DNA of 64,000 nt from Octopus vulgaris (GCA_951406725.2 OX597828.1:56172001-56236000), one strand, 5' to 3'; shown: positions 27,810 through 42,179, numbered from the stretch's first letter. Numbers and translations are program-made. Notes: generated by a model not told the origin, from the sequence alone.

Positions 27810-28121
27810 TATTTCGTTTTAGGATTTGGTTTATATGATTTCTTATGTGAGTTCGTGTGTTGAAGCATAATTTGTTGTGTTTGGGCAGAGACATTTTCCT
27901 ATAGTGCCTTATTATTTAACATACTCACCGGTGCAGTTTCTATTCATTTAATTATTTAGTTTTTCTAAAATTTTAGTTTCGTCTTGCAACATTTTCAGTA
28001 ATCAACGACTATTGAAATGGTTGCAAGACGCAACTAACATATTAGGAAAAGTAAATAAACTGGACCGGTGAATGTGTTCAATAATAATGGACCAAAAGAG
28101 AATGACTCTTCACATATACAG

Positions 28122-28125
<4 letters not shown>
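27810..28125. mobile_element. Asymmetric fold-back element (family shared with 57207-57525 and 58095-58235)
   Basis: Centre near 28005: GTCTTGCAAC.TTTTCAGTAATC-AAC-GACTATTGAAA.GGTTGCAAGAC. CACCGGT/ACCGGTG occurs in both arms. Flanked by TA/TG tracts. Confidence 0.75.
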
Positions 28126-28160
<35 letters not shown>

Positions 28161-28169
28161 CATGAGGAT

Positions 28170-28380
28170 ATGCATGCTTCTAATTGTTTGTCCCCAACCC
28201 ACCGCTTGACAACCGATATCGGTCCCTGTATCTGGCGGTTCGGCAACAAGATAACGAATGAAATATTTAGGCTTAGAAAAAGACAATAGTAAAAAGAAAA
28301 CGTATCAGGCACAATTTGTTTGGCTGAATCGTTTAGCTGCATGGACACAGCCTAAAAAATAAAACAAATTAAACAAATAT
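28170..28380 (+). mobile_element. SINE family B, 3' half, decayed
   Basis: TTTGTCCCC..CCGCTTGACAACCGAT..GCGGTTCGGCAA matches the reverse complement of the 49222-49350 body. Confidence 0.65.
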
Positions 28381-28479
28381 GGATGATAAAAACTGTATGT
28401 ATGTCTGCATGTATGTATATGTACAGATATTCGTATTAATATATAGTTTAATATACATATACTCTTAAAATAAAACTCT

Positions 28480-28935
28480 ATGTTCAACAGATGGAACGAC
28501 TCAACACGACTATTCAAGAGAAAAGACGTAAGCAGCAGCATGGATTTCTTCGGCTGCCCTGCAACCCTCGTCCTCATATCGCCAATGTGACCAAGGAAGC
28601 TATTCAGACCCATGGCTGGGAAATGCTGCTCCACCCAACATACTCTCCTGATTTGGCACCAACGGATTTCCACCTCTTTCGTTCTCTTTTAAATGCTATG
28701 CGCGAGGTTTCGTTCAATACTGATGCAGAATTGAGCGATTGGTTGGATCTATTTTCCGAGTCGAAATCGGGTGATTTCTACCAACGAGGTATTGAAATTA
28801 TTTTGTTGAACGTTGGGAAGAAGTTGTAAACAACAAAGTTGAATATATTATTGATTAATTATGTGTTACTTTTTTTATTAAATCATTTAAAAAAATTCTA
28901 TTTCAAAAAACGGGAACATTATTGCTAACACAATA
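28480..28935 (+). mobile_element. Mariner transposon 3' fragment
   Basis: ORF 28491-28829: NPRPHIA..GWEMLLHPTYSPDLAPTDFHLFRSL..FYQRGI. Probable right TIR remnant ending ...CTAACACAATA|TA near 28935. Confidence 0.85.
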
Positions 28936-30502
28936 TATTAGCACATGATTGCACGTTAATGTTAAAATTCTGAGGGCGTCACAATAATTTCAAGAACTTA
29001 TTACAGCGATTTAAGTTGTGCGGCTAAATCGCCTGATTCCATCTTTATTGTGGCCACTTGTGTGATGGCGCTGGTTATGAGTTACGTTGCCATCTGCTTT
29101 TACATTACGCAACAACAATAGCGAATTGGTGTATCTGATTCACAGCGAATTCACCGAATGTATACATACATACACGTATACATAAACATATACACATACA
29201 GTCTCTCTCAGACACACATGCATTCTGTGTATATACATGATGTCTCTTTTTTTATTATTTTAGTAACTGATAAAGAATCAATAATGACTTGCAATACGTG
29301 TGTGTATCGTTCCTGAATATTGATTATTAATATGAAACACAAAATCATGACAACGACACAGGATCAGACAAGTAGGGTAGACTTCATTTGTTGCTCAACC
29401 ATTTGTAAATGACTACCAAATCTGTGCTAAATCATTCTCTGAAGTTTTAAAAATAATGAAGAATTTTTGGCTAATACAATACCGAGTCTATCTAAAAATC
29501 ACATATTTTCCTCGATTGAAGTATTTCTTTATCCTCGTTTCGCTGGATCAGCATTATCAAAGTTTTAAGTAACAACAATAACTTATGGAAGACCACATAT
29601 TTTGTTTTCCATGAACGTAATCGAAGCGTAAGTTTCAGATACAGCTATAACAGTAGGTTTGGTAGCATTTATTTACAGCATATTTTTATGTTTATTAATA
29701 TACTGTAATATAATATTCACAGATGTATCTGCTTTGAGATTCATCATGCTAAAAAAGATGAGAATTATTTCACGTTCATTCAGATTCTAAATTCTTAAGA
29801 CGTCAAAAATACACACAAACACGCGCGTGCATATGAATATCTCTATTTTGTGTGCGTTTCCGGCAGATTCTAACATTGATTAAACGCAGATAGAAATACA
29901 ACATGACCATTAAGCTAGGTCTCCGTGTCGAACAATCTTTAATATCATAATTGAAACAGCACATGGTTTCAATAATATACAAAAGAAAATCAATTTTTCA
30001 GTAAAACTATTTTATTAACGAACTCCAATATCCAAGAGCAAGCTTCATTTCTAGATTAGTAAAATTTTTTTTTTGTTTTTTCATTAAATAACGTACAAAT
30101 AGCAATGTGTGTACACGCATACACACTTCATATCAAAACTGGAAGTAGTGATCTCAGACGTTTGTTTCAAATAAATTCTTTAAATATCTTAAAGAAGCTG
30201 TAGTGGTATCTGCGTGAACATACAATCGTGATTTTAATATCATTCCCACACACCATGTCGTAAGAATAAAATCACAGCAACAGCGGATTCACTAAATTAA
30301 AGGCGAATTAGTATGAACGAACTCAGTGTCACATATAATCAAATCCACTTTCAAATTATCTGAGAACTTCCCTAAAACTGAAACACAAGGCATGTTACAT
30401 ACACATCGAAGGAAGTCACAGCTGACCGAAACTTACTAAGTCTATAGATAGAAATATGACATGACCTGAATCGGAGTTTGAAAATATGTGTGTGTATGTA
30501 TT

Positions 30503-30541
<39 letters not shown>

Positions 30542-32009
30542 GCATATAAATACTTATTTATACACACACAGACGCGCACATGACCACGCATAAACTCACA
30601 CTTATATGTACGTATGTATGTATGTATGTAGGTAGGTTTCTGTGAATGAATGTACGTATATATAAAACTGTTTCACTTTCCTAATCAGCTGGCATTCCTC
30701 AGATTCCCACAGCCCTATAGTTGGAGAGAAGCAATTCTAAAGATGGGGTTCACAGCTGAAAATATTTTTATGTGCCAGTACTGTACAGTAGATAAGATAA
30801 ACAGATAAGCAGCCACGTATGATTTTTCGAAGAATACTACCGAAACGAAAATTATATCCGGAAGTAGATTATCACATACACTGAACCATTTTTTGGATGC
30901 AAGTTTTTTTGGGAACACATTTCTGAGTGGGTGTTCACATTTTGGGCTGTGTCACGGTATAAAGCAGAAGATTTGAAGTGTGACGGGATTAGTGTAAGAA
31001 TCTCATCAGGAAATCGAGTAAATACACGCTGTTTCATAAAAACAAAAATCATAAATATATGTCTAGCAGTACACGCATGTTACTACATTCTTCAAGTGGT
31101 ATTATTTTGCATAGATTTACTATTTCAGAATGTTTGCATATCAATGTTCTTTGTTGCAGTCTCACCGAACACAAGTTTGAGCAAGTATAACTATGAAGAC
31201 ATGTAACTATTCTATAGTTATGCCACTCACTTTGTGGTGAAGATTATGTTAGCCATTTCTAACACGGCCAGATATGATTTGAGGGAGATTTGACTGCTGT
31301 TTCTAACCACTGACCGACCAATTGAACAGGAAAATTCTTCCTCTTAATTATAAGAAACAATATTAATGAATAAGCTAATTTCAGAATGAACTTCTTAAAC
31401 AATTATCGAGTTCACTATATCTTTAATAATACTAATAATTTCTGTGGTGTATCTTTTATTGATTATTAATTCATATCTTTTTTCTTTGTTTTTGGCTGTG
31501 GAGAGAGATGTAATGTCCCTTTTGATCTGGTTCATCCTGGAACTGAAAATTGAAATATTTACGTAGTGCCTATATTCAGCCTAATGGCTGATGACAACAA
31601 TAGTGAAATAAGAACCTGTAGAAGAGGAGATTGATTAAGCATACTATTATGCAGAGGACCAAAATGACCATCTAATACTATGCATGGCAATTGAATCATA
31701 TTCAAAATGCCTAAGATATCGACACTTGCATGGTGTATTACCTGTAACGCTGAATCTCACCAGCGATCCTCTTAATTAAGAGCATGACCAACCACAACTT
31801 AAAGATATTTTGACATTTTTTAATGAAGTGAGGCAGGGCGTTTTTCCAGGGCATCTTAGAACAGAAAACAAGTTTATCAGGCTGTGAAAGGAAGGAAAAC
31901 TGGTCTGAAAAACCTAAGTAGTAAAAATACGCTACTTTTAAGTACATATTGGCTTTTGAAAATCAGTCAGATGTTTGAAATGATGAAAACTTAATAAAAT
32001 TAGTATTAT

Positions 32010-32403
32010 TTTCTTTGTTTTACTTGTTCTAGTCATAGGACTGCGGCTATGCCGGGGCACAACACTGAAGAATTGTAGTTGTATCATTAAACTGCAGTAC
32101 TTCTTACATTTTCAGCCTGGTAGGTATCCTGTCATTCTCTTTTGCTGAACCTCAAAGTTAAGGGGATGTAAACACACCAACACCGACTGTCAAGCAGTTG
32201 TGGATGACCAACACAGCCAGAAAAGATACATGTACAAACATATGAGGGTTGTCTTTCAGTTTCCCGCTACCTATTCCCCCCAGAAGGTTTTGATCAGTTC
32301 GTGGCTATAGTAGACGTCACTTGCCGAAGATTCCACGTTGTAGAACCGGGCCTGGAAACATATGGCTGATAAGTAAACTTCTTATCACATATCCAGGCCT
32401 GCA
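32010..32403 (-). mobile_element. SINE family B, near full-length, decayed
   Basis: tRNA-like head at 32340-32403, TCTTCGGCAAGTG central motif, tail GTGCCCCGGCATAGCCGCAGTCCTATGACTAGAAC. Confidence 0.8.
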
Positions 32404-35400
32404 CGGGTATCTGATAGAAATCACCTCATGACACTCTCTATAAAATTTACATTTCTATAACAAATCCCTTGTCTGTGTAAGAGAATCAAGAAAGATAATC
32501 GACAGATGAAAACAGTGATTATCAACGCTATTATTCATGCAGTCCTCTCTTTTGAAATTTAACAAGTATTGCTATTTCGGAGTCGTCAGGGATATTTAGT
32601 TTTCATTTCCGGAAGTACAAATTAAGGCAATATTTTAAAACTTATGATGCCTGTTCTGTACAAGACATTACGTGAACAACTTTTATTACCGAGTGATTGA
32701 AATCAATCCTATCTTATTCCCGATTTACAGAACTGACCTGACGCATTCTTTATCATGCCAGGTTCTTTCAGCGAAAATTGCTGAAATTTAGCTAAGTTCT
32801 TTGATTTAGCTATCAATTCTTCTGTTGACATCAACACAACTGAACAATTTTCTTTCATTTGCTGTATATAACAGTGTACGGTGTTGCAGTGCAATAGTTT
32901 ATGGAATGCAGGAATTTCCTGGATCATTGAAATTTTTCGGCATTCCTCTTCCAAAGCTAAACCTTGGCTGTGCCAGCAGTGGCTGTTATGTTTAGTCTTA
33001 CAATAGAGTAAGCATCATATTAAATGAAATAACATGTCTCAAGAAAACGATTAGATTTTCCCGAATTGATGTTTTTACACACTGCCTTCGACATGGTATA
33101 AATTTAACTCTAATCGACGTAGTAAGGGCCAATAACAAAGCTATGTATTTTTAGCTTTAGAGTGGCTGTACATTTTTTTCTGTCAGTTTACCTCACTTTT
33201 CTGTAGTTATAAAGAAGCAACAAACAGAGTTATATCACATGTTCTGCAGTAGATCAAACGTATCACTATGATAATGATAGGCGTCAAGAAAAACAATAAG
33301 GGTCGTTTTCACAATTTATCAGCGCTGATTGTGGTTCTACAATGAATTTGGAGTGGTGAGATTAGAAAAAAATAAAACACCATGCTACACATTAAAGTTT
33401 ACTGGAAACACTCGATATTTTCGCATATTCTAGAATAAATTGCTCAAAATATTTCCTATTAATTACTTTCTATTAATTAATTTATTTGTAGGAAAGTAGT
33501 CTAAATTTTGTAATTATTGCTCATTTGCTTCAATTGCTTAAAAAAATGCAAAATGTGCAATATTTCAATTAAAGATCTAACGTGCTTGCGTTTACATTTT
33601 AGTAATTTTGAAAAAAAGATAGAATATACATCAAGGTGTTAAAATTATTGCTATGTATGATGGTACCAGTTCTATTGATTGCTCATTCTAATTTTCGAAT
33701 CTGCGAACGTCGCCGTCGTAACCGACGAACTTTGTGCATCTTCCATCAATCAAATGTTCACAGAATACATAGTACACTACTAGAAGTTACTGTAGAATGT
33801 ACTCACTACTATGCTTTAAGCTACTATCGAATCCGTCATCATGTGTTCGCTCAAACAAAGTGTGTGAGCATACAGTATTTTGTTTTTCGATGTATACCTT
33901 AACGTCATTCACTTGACCGATATCTGAAAGCTCTATGTTAAATGAAAGCGATTTATCATACTGTACACGTACGGAGATGTCAAACGAAAATTATATATAA
34001 GCATGAAAAAATATAATTTATTGCTTCTCATTATACGTAAAACATATGAATCAAAGAAATCATTTTATAGTTTGAGTACACAACATCCATAATATGTGGT
34101 TGTGCTAATCCATCTTTTATCGTATTCTAGATGGTTTAGAGTTAGCCAAAATGGTGTCGTTGTACTGAACGTTATATGCTGCTGCTGCTGCTGCTGCTGC
34201 TGGCATATTATGTGTAAGAAGCCAATATTTGGAACTAACTGAGGTTACACACGTGATGATAAGAAATAATCATTAAGTTAATGACCAATTATATAGTCAA
34301 GAAAAACAAAGGAGAAAATTCCGAAGACCTGTATTCGTTAAAATTAATTAACAAGTGTTTCTGAGCAGCATTGTATAAAATGTATCTGATCTTGATGGCA
34401 TCATGCAGGTTATATCTTGGCCTTATTGATTCTAAGGAAAAATATGGATATAATACCCAAGAAGTGATAGGACTGAAGTGATCGATCATGTGTGGGTTTG
34501 CTATAAGTTTGGAGTGTACACCTTGTACTCATATCTCATGTAAGCCAATTCATTGTAAACTCCTAGTTTCTACTAACTGGGAGTTAATATCTTAAAACTC
34601 TATGCACACATTTTAAGTTTATGTCTTCTTCATAGAAAATATTGTTCCAGCATCAAAAGCCAAAGTCAAAACCAGACATCTGATGAACTCCCATCACAAC
34701 ACCCACATTGGAATCATCAAAGTTAATTTACTTGTCCGCTCGCTGGCCCTTAATTTAGAAATGACTGGTAAAATAAATATTAATTGTTCTACATGATGGT
34801 GTTCAGATGAACTACAGGATGCATACAGCTAATGATTTCAAGGGAGATTATAATTAACGTCATAAGACCTATAGCTCTAGAATTCTGTGGACACTGATAG
34901 GCGAAGGAACCCATCGCCTTAATATAACTAAGAATATCATTAACACAACTATTATATATTACAACAGCTTCTATTAGTGTAGACATTTCATATATATATA
35001 TATATATATATGCATTGAAAGTTAAGTCACAATAGATGGATTCGACTAATCTGCTGGTACTCATGAATAGGTCCTTAACGTATCATTCTACAAAACAGAA
35101 AATATATTGTATGATACAAAACAAAAAGAAAATGATATACAAGAGAAAGATAGTTATATAGGCAACCAGTTTTTCTTTTGCAATTTATTAATGATAAATT
35201 AGAGAAGATATAATTTCATGGTAACATAAGTAGATTTTAGTCCATGCTAGTTTCCCAAGACTGATGTAAAATGCGACTAAAAGAAAGTGAGGTAGAATTT
35301 GCTCATCGACCTTGTAAAGCAATCAACTTTAACGATTACCAAAACAGAACGATGGGCTGGAGGGTTATGCAACGGCGTAATACGTGAAAAATAGAAGGGA

Positions 35401-35504
35401 ATCATAAACAAATGGTGGATGCAGGGACGCACGACAAAGAAAACTTTAATTGAGAACGAGATTCATTATGTATATGCAACACAAACACAATACTAATATT
35501 AGGG

Positions 35505-35945
35505 AGATTCCGCCAAGTTTGACTTCGCTTTTCATCCCTTTCAGGTAGATAAAATAAGTGGCAGTTGATCCCTTAACCGCTTTAATCTCAACCAGAATTG
35601 CTGGTCCTCTGCTAAAATTTGAAAGAATTAGTAGACAGAATATTTAGACATATGTGCCAAGTGCTTAACCAGAAATTCCTAGTCTTCCCATCTTATCTTT
35701 GTTCTCATAAGACAACAGTTGAAATACAGATAATTCGTATTCTCGCCCAAGGCTTGCATACTCGACGGGGTGGGGGTGTCGATTAAATCGAATCCACTGA
35801 TCACATGGTACTGATTTTTTCGTCCCCAGCAGATGACAGGAACGTCGACACGTGTGGAATTTTAAATTCAGAGCGTAAAGACGAAGAAAATGCTGGTAAG
35901 CATTTTGCCCGTTTTGGTGACGATTCCGACAGCCCACTGCCTCAA
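35505..35945. mobile_element. Two decayed SINE family A copies in convergent orientation (35505-35630 +, 35740-35945 -)
   Basis: ATTCCGCCAAGTTTGACTTCGCTTTTCATCCCTTTCAGGTAGATAAAATAAGT on plus; minus-strand head AGGCAGTGGGCTGTCGGAATCG..GGGCAAAATGCTTACC. Confidence 0.7.
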
Positions 35946-36417
35946 ATACGGATAAATATTGAAAATATTCTGATTGAAATATACCACCTACAACTTAATA
36001 AACTATAACGGTATGGTGTATTTATGCAACGGGTCCCACGCTAGAGTATGAAACCGTTACCAATCTTACACAAAAAATTTTTTTTTTAAATGCAATTTCG
36101 AAACTGAGGACAGGCAGTAGCCAAATGCTTCTTAACTGCATTGCTTTGAAGAGAACAACTAACGGATCATTTGCCGTTGGCATAAAAACGTTTAAAATTT
36201 GAAAATGTATGCGTTCTTAAAAAAATTCAGGAAAGAGCTTCCACTCAAAAACATATGTGATGTAACTCTTCATATTCAATATTGCATTAGCACTGAAAAA
36301 AATTCTAAAACAAAAACGAAAAATGAAATCAGCTAAGTTATTCTATATTTTGATAATGTAATTTTTCTTAAATTGCATTTTTAACATTTTCGTTCTCACA
36401 TATTTTAAAATTCGTTA

Positions 36418-36478
<61 letters not shown>

Positions 36479-37394
36479 AATATACATATCTGCATACACA
36501 CACATATATGCGTACATAAACTTAAATGAATGTGTATGCATACAAATTATCTATTCACGCATGTGCTTCTAATTACGTACACATATATAAGTACACGGAC
36601 GCCTGTCTCTCACACACCACACACACACAGAAACACACACACACACACACTCACATACACACTCATACTTGGCATTTGAATGAATAGTGGAAGTTTTATA
36701 TTTAAAAAAAAACGCTTTGGTATAAAGATAAAAATTAATAAAATGCTGGATGATTGCAAGTAACAAAGTTAATTACTCTATAATACATATTTTAATATAG
36801 AAATGATCAAATATTTCACAATTCTCTTTTTTATTTGACACGGTAGAAATGACATCAATATTTAATAAATGTATTGAGATGTCATCTGACAAAAATTACT
36901 GATGTTGTTGCGTCAGGAAAATATCTCAACTAATTGTAACTGTCGGCAATGTTCTGAAATGTTCGCCTCAATTTTGTCATGTAGTTAGGTGTAAATTACT
37001 TGGCAGTTTAGACTCAAATTGAGACAAAACTGTTGAAAATAATTGTTTAATTTAGCAACAGCTGCATCTTTATTTATAAGAATTTCATGCAAACACGGCT
37101 ACGAGCGAGGAAATAGTCAATAGTTCAATGAATATCTTAAGAAATACAAATTAAGACATGCACACACAACCGCACACATACACATACATAAGTATATAAA
37201 ATCACATATATCGAAAGTTATATATACGTACTCACAAATGCATATGCATACATATACATGAAGGTATATACATCGTATTATTCAACTAGGTTGCCTGTAC
37301 AAGCTGGCCCTCAAAATACAGTTTACTACACTTTCAAAACACATCTACTGCATAAGTAAATGTTTCATTACTAATCTTAAAATTCAGACGTTAT

Positions 37395-37580
37395 ACTAGC
37401 AGAATGATTAGTACGCCGGGAAAAATACCTAGCGGCACTTTGGTCGTCTTTAAAGTCCGAGCGCAACTTCTACCGTGGTCATCTTTGTCTTTCGTCCAGT
37501 CGGGGTTAATAAAATAAGTATCAGTGAAATACTGGTTGTTAATGCGATCCACATTTCTTTCGCTCAAAATCAGCGATCTA
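37395..37580 (+). mobile_element. Decayed SINE family A
   Basis: CTAGCAGAATGATTAGTACGCCGGGAAAAATACCTAGCGG head and CTTTCGTCCAGTCGGGGTTAATAAAATAAGTATCAG core. Confidence 0.7.
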
Positions 37581-37972
37581 TTTTCAAAAAGTATTTAACC
37601 AATCAAATTTTCTCGAATTTACGTGATTCATACCAATACTTTATAGGGGTGAGTGTATAATTTTAGAATGTATTATTTATGTATATGTACTTATTCACTT
37701 ATCTGTATATACATACACACATATATATGCATTTATATAAGGTCGTACACGCTTGATGTGGACAAAATATACGTCACGTATGAATATTGACAAACATATC
37801 TGTGCGTATGTATATATACGTGTGTGTCTATGAATATATATGTGTGCATTTACACATATATACGTGTGTGGTTCTTTATTTGTATTCATTTGCGTGAATT
37901 GATGCGCATACTTTTATCTCCGTGTATGTGTGTGTGTGTTTATATATATATATTTAGATGCGCATATCTACT

Positions 37973-38038
<66 letters not shown>

Positions 38039-38829
38039 TGTGTGTGTGCGTGTGTGTGTAAGCACTGAATTAAAAGGCGAAAGCTTTTGAGCGGTGTTAA
38101 TATATGTTTATATATTATATATCTCTAATTTTCTCTCAATTTCATAAACAACTAAGGAAAGTATCTATTTTATGTTCCCATCATATAAAACTTTTCTTCA
38201 CTGTAATTCACTATTCAACCTCTATTTTCCCGTTATTACCCTAAATTATATTCACATATTATTCATTAGATACAAAGACAACCTGTAACCCCCAAATCCC
38301 CGGGCATATACCAATATTAGCCATAAAATAATACTCAGTCGGCTGTGCATTTCTAAAATGCAGCAGATAAAAAAAAATAAAGGTATATCTTCTTTCTATT
38401 CATATGAAGAGATTTTGCCTTCTATAATGATCATAATAATTGCTTTCTAATATTTTGGTCTTAATTGCTGTAAGTGCCTGTGTTTGTTTTTGCAGATAAT
38501 ACATTTCTATTAAATACTATATCACCATTTTCTTACTTTCTTTTGAATGATTATAAAATATGGTATATATATATATATATACGCCTAATGCTTTTTGAAT
38601 ATTAATATTCTCTATAGGTTGTAGGTATCGGACATGTAATTCATTGGATGATACCATTCTACTGGCTGGTTGGATTAAATATGACGAGCATGAAGATGAT
38701 GGCTCTAGTTGAGAAAATGTTAGCTGATATGGCGGACGGGAAGCCAAATGGATACTTTAAAAGATTTACCTGTACCATGAGTATTCGTGCAGCGTATAAA
38801 AAGCCCGATAACTTGGCTGAAGCTCTGTG

Positions 38830-39400
38830 AACAATATAAATGCTGTAATATGGGCATCATCAACTGCAACCGTGACTGGTGAGCCGTTGCCAGCAGGAGG
38901 AGAAACAGCAGGTGCTCTTGCTATGGCCTCACACCGAAATCCGTCTCCACGTATTTGAACAGGCACATATGCTCAATTCATACTACTATGTCAAGCTGTT
39001 GGAAACTGTGGTCAAGTCCTAGCTGGAAAGGGTTGCTACCTGCAAACCATACGTGTGACAGCAGAATTCGTCTCCAACCACACCTCTGGAAAGAGTCAGA
39101 AGATGTTGTTGGAGAATTTTTACGATTTCAATAGCTTCAACTTCTGGTCCCGAAGGTCGAGATTGTGACAAAGATCAAGGAGCTTTTGGAAGACCTTACT
39201 ATGGACACAGCGAAGAAATCTTGTGCCACGTTTCGGGGCTGTCTTGAGGCATGGTTGAAGATAATCGCATTTACTTTGAATAAACTGTTATCTCCCAGTT
39301 ATAATCTAGTTGATTATTTTTTAATACTTTATTTTTGGAGGGCATATTTTGTTTCATTCCCCTCTTAGGCAAACTGTCAAATTTAACCCGAACACCATTG
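38830..39400 (+). mobile_element. Internally deleted Tc1/mariner (maT-like) remnant
   Basis: Plus strand with stops: CNRDW*AVASRRRNSR..TP (N-terminal), then YVKLLETVVKS*LERVA..PYV*QQNSSP-HTSGKSQK..ENF..FW..AKKSCATFRGCLEAMVE...YFE*. Right end ..TCAAATTTAACCCGAACACCATTG resembles a Tc1/maT TIR. Confidence 0.65.
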
Positions 39401-40572
39401 CATTTATTAGAGGCCTTAAGAATATTACGACTATTTGATTCCACTAATATTTACCGGCTGGCTCATTGTGTATCTTTCTTTATATATGTGAGTTATGCAT
39501 ACACATATAAGCGTACACGTTCTTTGTATGAGCTGTTTCAACCTTATGGTGTGTACAGAATAAATAAGACATCATGCCAATATTCGTTAAGTAAAACATG
39601 AAAAGACATCAACTTCAATAGAACACAATGTGGCATTAGAAGCGGTATTCTATTATAGTAATAACATAAGAATCATTAGTAGATGTGCTAAACAATGCTA
39701 AACTGCACCGCTACGACAACCTGATAGCATTTTAGCCAAAGAAAATATTTTCTTTTGTCGCTAAAGAAAACTTGGCGCCATTTCATTAGCAAAATGTAGA
39801 GACGCCGCGTAATTGAATTCATTTCAAGAAATACATTATTGACCAAACTGTTGAAACAATTTGCCTCATAGCTTTGTTAAGAGAAATAACGACGGCTGTG
39901 AAACATTTGTTTTCTTCCAGCTTATAGCTATATGTGTCTTGGGAAATAAAGTTTAGAAACATGACGTACTGGCAGAATGCAAAGATACTTTGAACAGATT
40001 ACAGTCGAAAATTGTTTCTCAAATATCACCAGTCAGCTGCCAAAGCAAAGCTTACAGGGACTACACATGATGTAGTCCCAGTAAGCAAAGGTCATCTGGG
40101 TGGATGCAGAGCCAGCAAAGATTGCCTCTAGGCTGTTGGTCAGGAGGTGCCATCCGTTAGTAGGATGGGTGCGTCATGATAACTGGATACAATCTGGGGC
40201 TTGGTCAATCACGACTGGGACGTCTAGTTGAGAGGGCTTGATGGTGAAAGACCCGAAAATCCTAATGTCCCTTGTAGATATCACTGAATATGTTTCATAC
40301 GATGATGTACTGAATAACTTTCTGATGCAGATATTCTTGGTAAATAAATAAATGTTATTAACTAAACATAAATATTTTTCTACATATGTCAATTAGATTG
40401 ATATATTTAAAAGGATATGATAGACAAATACTGAAGACTTCGTAAAAAAATTCAAGTTTACCTCCCAAATGTCTTTGTGTGTCTGGGGATGTATGTGTGC
40501 GTGGGTGTGTGGGTGTGCATATATGCGTATGTGTCTGTGTAAAGTGTATCTGCGTGATTTTGTAGTCGTGTA

Positions 40573-41832
40573 CGAGGGGCGTTCAATAAGTAATACCCCT
40601 GACCCATTTGCATTTGTTTGATCTAGCTGAAATTTAGCATGTGAAATTACTTATATCTCTATAGATTTAGTGGCGAATTACAGCTCTGAACTAATTGTTG
40701 TTTCCGATTTACAGGTGTTTGAACTGAGTCAAGTGTGAAATGGAGCCTGTTGAGTGTCGAGCAGTGATCTGGCTTTTGTATTTGAAAGGATGCACACCAC
40801 GGGAGACTTTTGATGAAATGAAAGTAACTTATGGTGATGATGCCCCATCATATGACCTTGTAAAACGCTGGCATCGTGAATTCAAGCATGGTCGGAACTC
40901 TGTGGAAACAGCTCCCAGATCTGGTCGCCTCCCTCTGCCATTGATGAGGCTGCCGTTTTGGAAGATCGACGTATAACTATTCGCCAAATAGCCTGTGAGA
41001 TCGAAATTAGTACCGGGCCTGTGGAAACTATCATTCATGACCATTTGCATATGCAAAAGGTGTCTGCTAGATGGATTCCCAGGCTGCTCACACCTTTCCA
41101 GAAGCAAGAACGCGTTGAGTGCTCGAGGATGAATTTGGAGATGTGCCAAGAAGATGAGTCAAAATTTTTCAAAAGACTGATTACACAGGATGAAACCTGG
41201 GTCCATCACTATGATCCAGAGACCAAAGCCCAGTCAATGCAGTGGAAGCACCATGACTCACCTCCTCCAAAGAAGGCAAGGGTGCAGCCCTCCGCTGGCA
41301 AGGTCATGCTCACAGTCTTCTGGGACCAGGACAGAGTAGTGATGACAGATTTCCTGGCAAAGGGTATCACAATCACAGGAGCTTATTATGCTTCACTTTT
41401 GAGGAAATTAAGAGAAGCTATCAAAATCAAGAGGCGAGGCAAGATCAGCAAAGGCATCCTCCTCCTGCAAGACAACGCTCCGGTCCACAAGTCGCTTGTC
41501 GCCAGATCAAAAGCACAGGCGTGCGGCTATGAACTCCTCCCCCATCTCCTGACCTTGCACTCTCTGATTTTCACCTCTTTCCACACATGAAGTTGTTTTT
41601 GAAAGGAAAGCGTTTCCCAGATGATGCAACCTTGATTTCTGAAGTCACGTCGTGGTTGGAGGACCGGGCGGGGTCTTCTACAAAAACGGTCTCCAGAGCT
41701 GCATCAAACGATGAGAGAAATGCGTAACTCTAGGTGGTTCCTATGTGGAAATAGACTAATAACTGTGCCAAGTTTCGTTGCTCTACTGCTATGGGAAGTG
41801 GGTCAGGGGCATTACTTATTGAACGCCCCTCG
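40573..41832 (+). mobile_element. Near full-length mariner (irritans-like), 1260 bp, 34-bp TIRs, TA TSD
   Basis: TA|CGAGGGGCGTTCAATAAGTAATACCCCTGACCCA ... TGGGTCAGGGGCATTACTTATTGAACGCCCCTCG|TA, with one mismatch. Confidence 0.97.
40740..41759 (+). pseudogene. Mariner transposase, frameshifted
   Basis: HTH (YGDDAPSYDLVKRWHREFK, PRSGR), WIPRLL, ITQDETW, QDNAPVH and SPDLALSDFHLF. Small deletions near 40950 and 41545, plus further lesions near the 3' end. Confidence 0.93.
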
Positions 41833-42179
41833 TATATAGTACTAGGAATATATAATTGAATGTGATGTTTTTCTTTTTGGTTACTCTCAAATTAACGTCC
41901 AAATAAACTATCGTTATACCATTGTTTATGCATGCAAGACTTCTGCATTTAGGTCTCCGTGTGTTTATGTATGTATGTATGTATGTATGTATGTATGTAT
42001 GTATGTATGTATGTATGTATGTATGTATGTATGTACGTATGTATCTATGTATGTTTATTTGTGACAGCGTTTGTGATTGTTAAATATATGTGTGAGTTGG
42101 TACAGTCGTGTGCTAATACTTCTATGTAGCTTTAAGCATTCTGGTTCCTCGACGAAGAAAAGTCCAAATAAAGCAAAGA

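Noticed and set aside
37028-37070. TTGAAAA..GCAACAGCTGCA hammerhead-like remnant
   Set aside because: Two core positions are altered and no stem I is present.
38618-38830. Possible plus-strand exon after TTCTCTATAG (ORF 38648-38830)
   Set aside because: No recognisable homology or partner exons; it abuts a transposon remnant.
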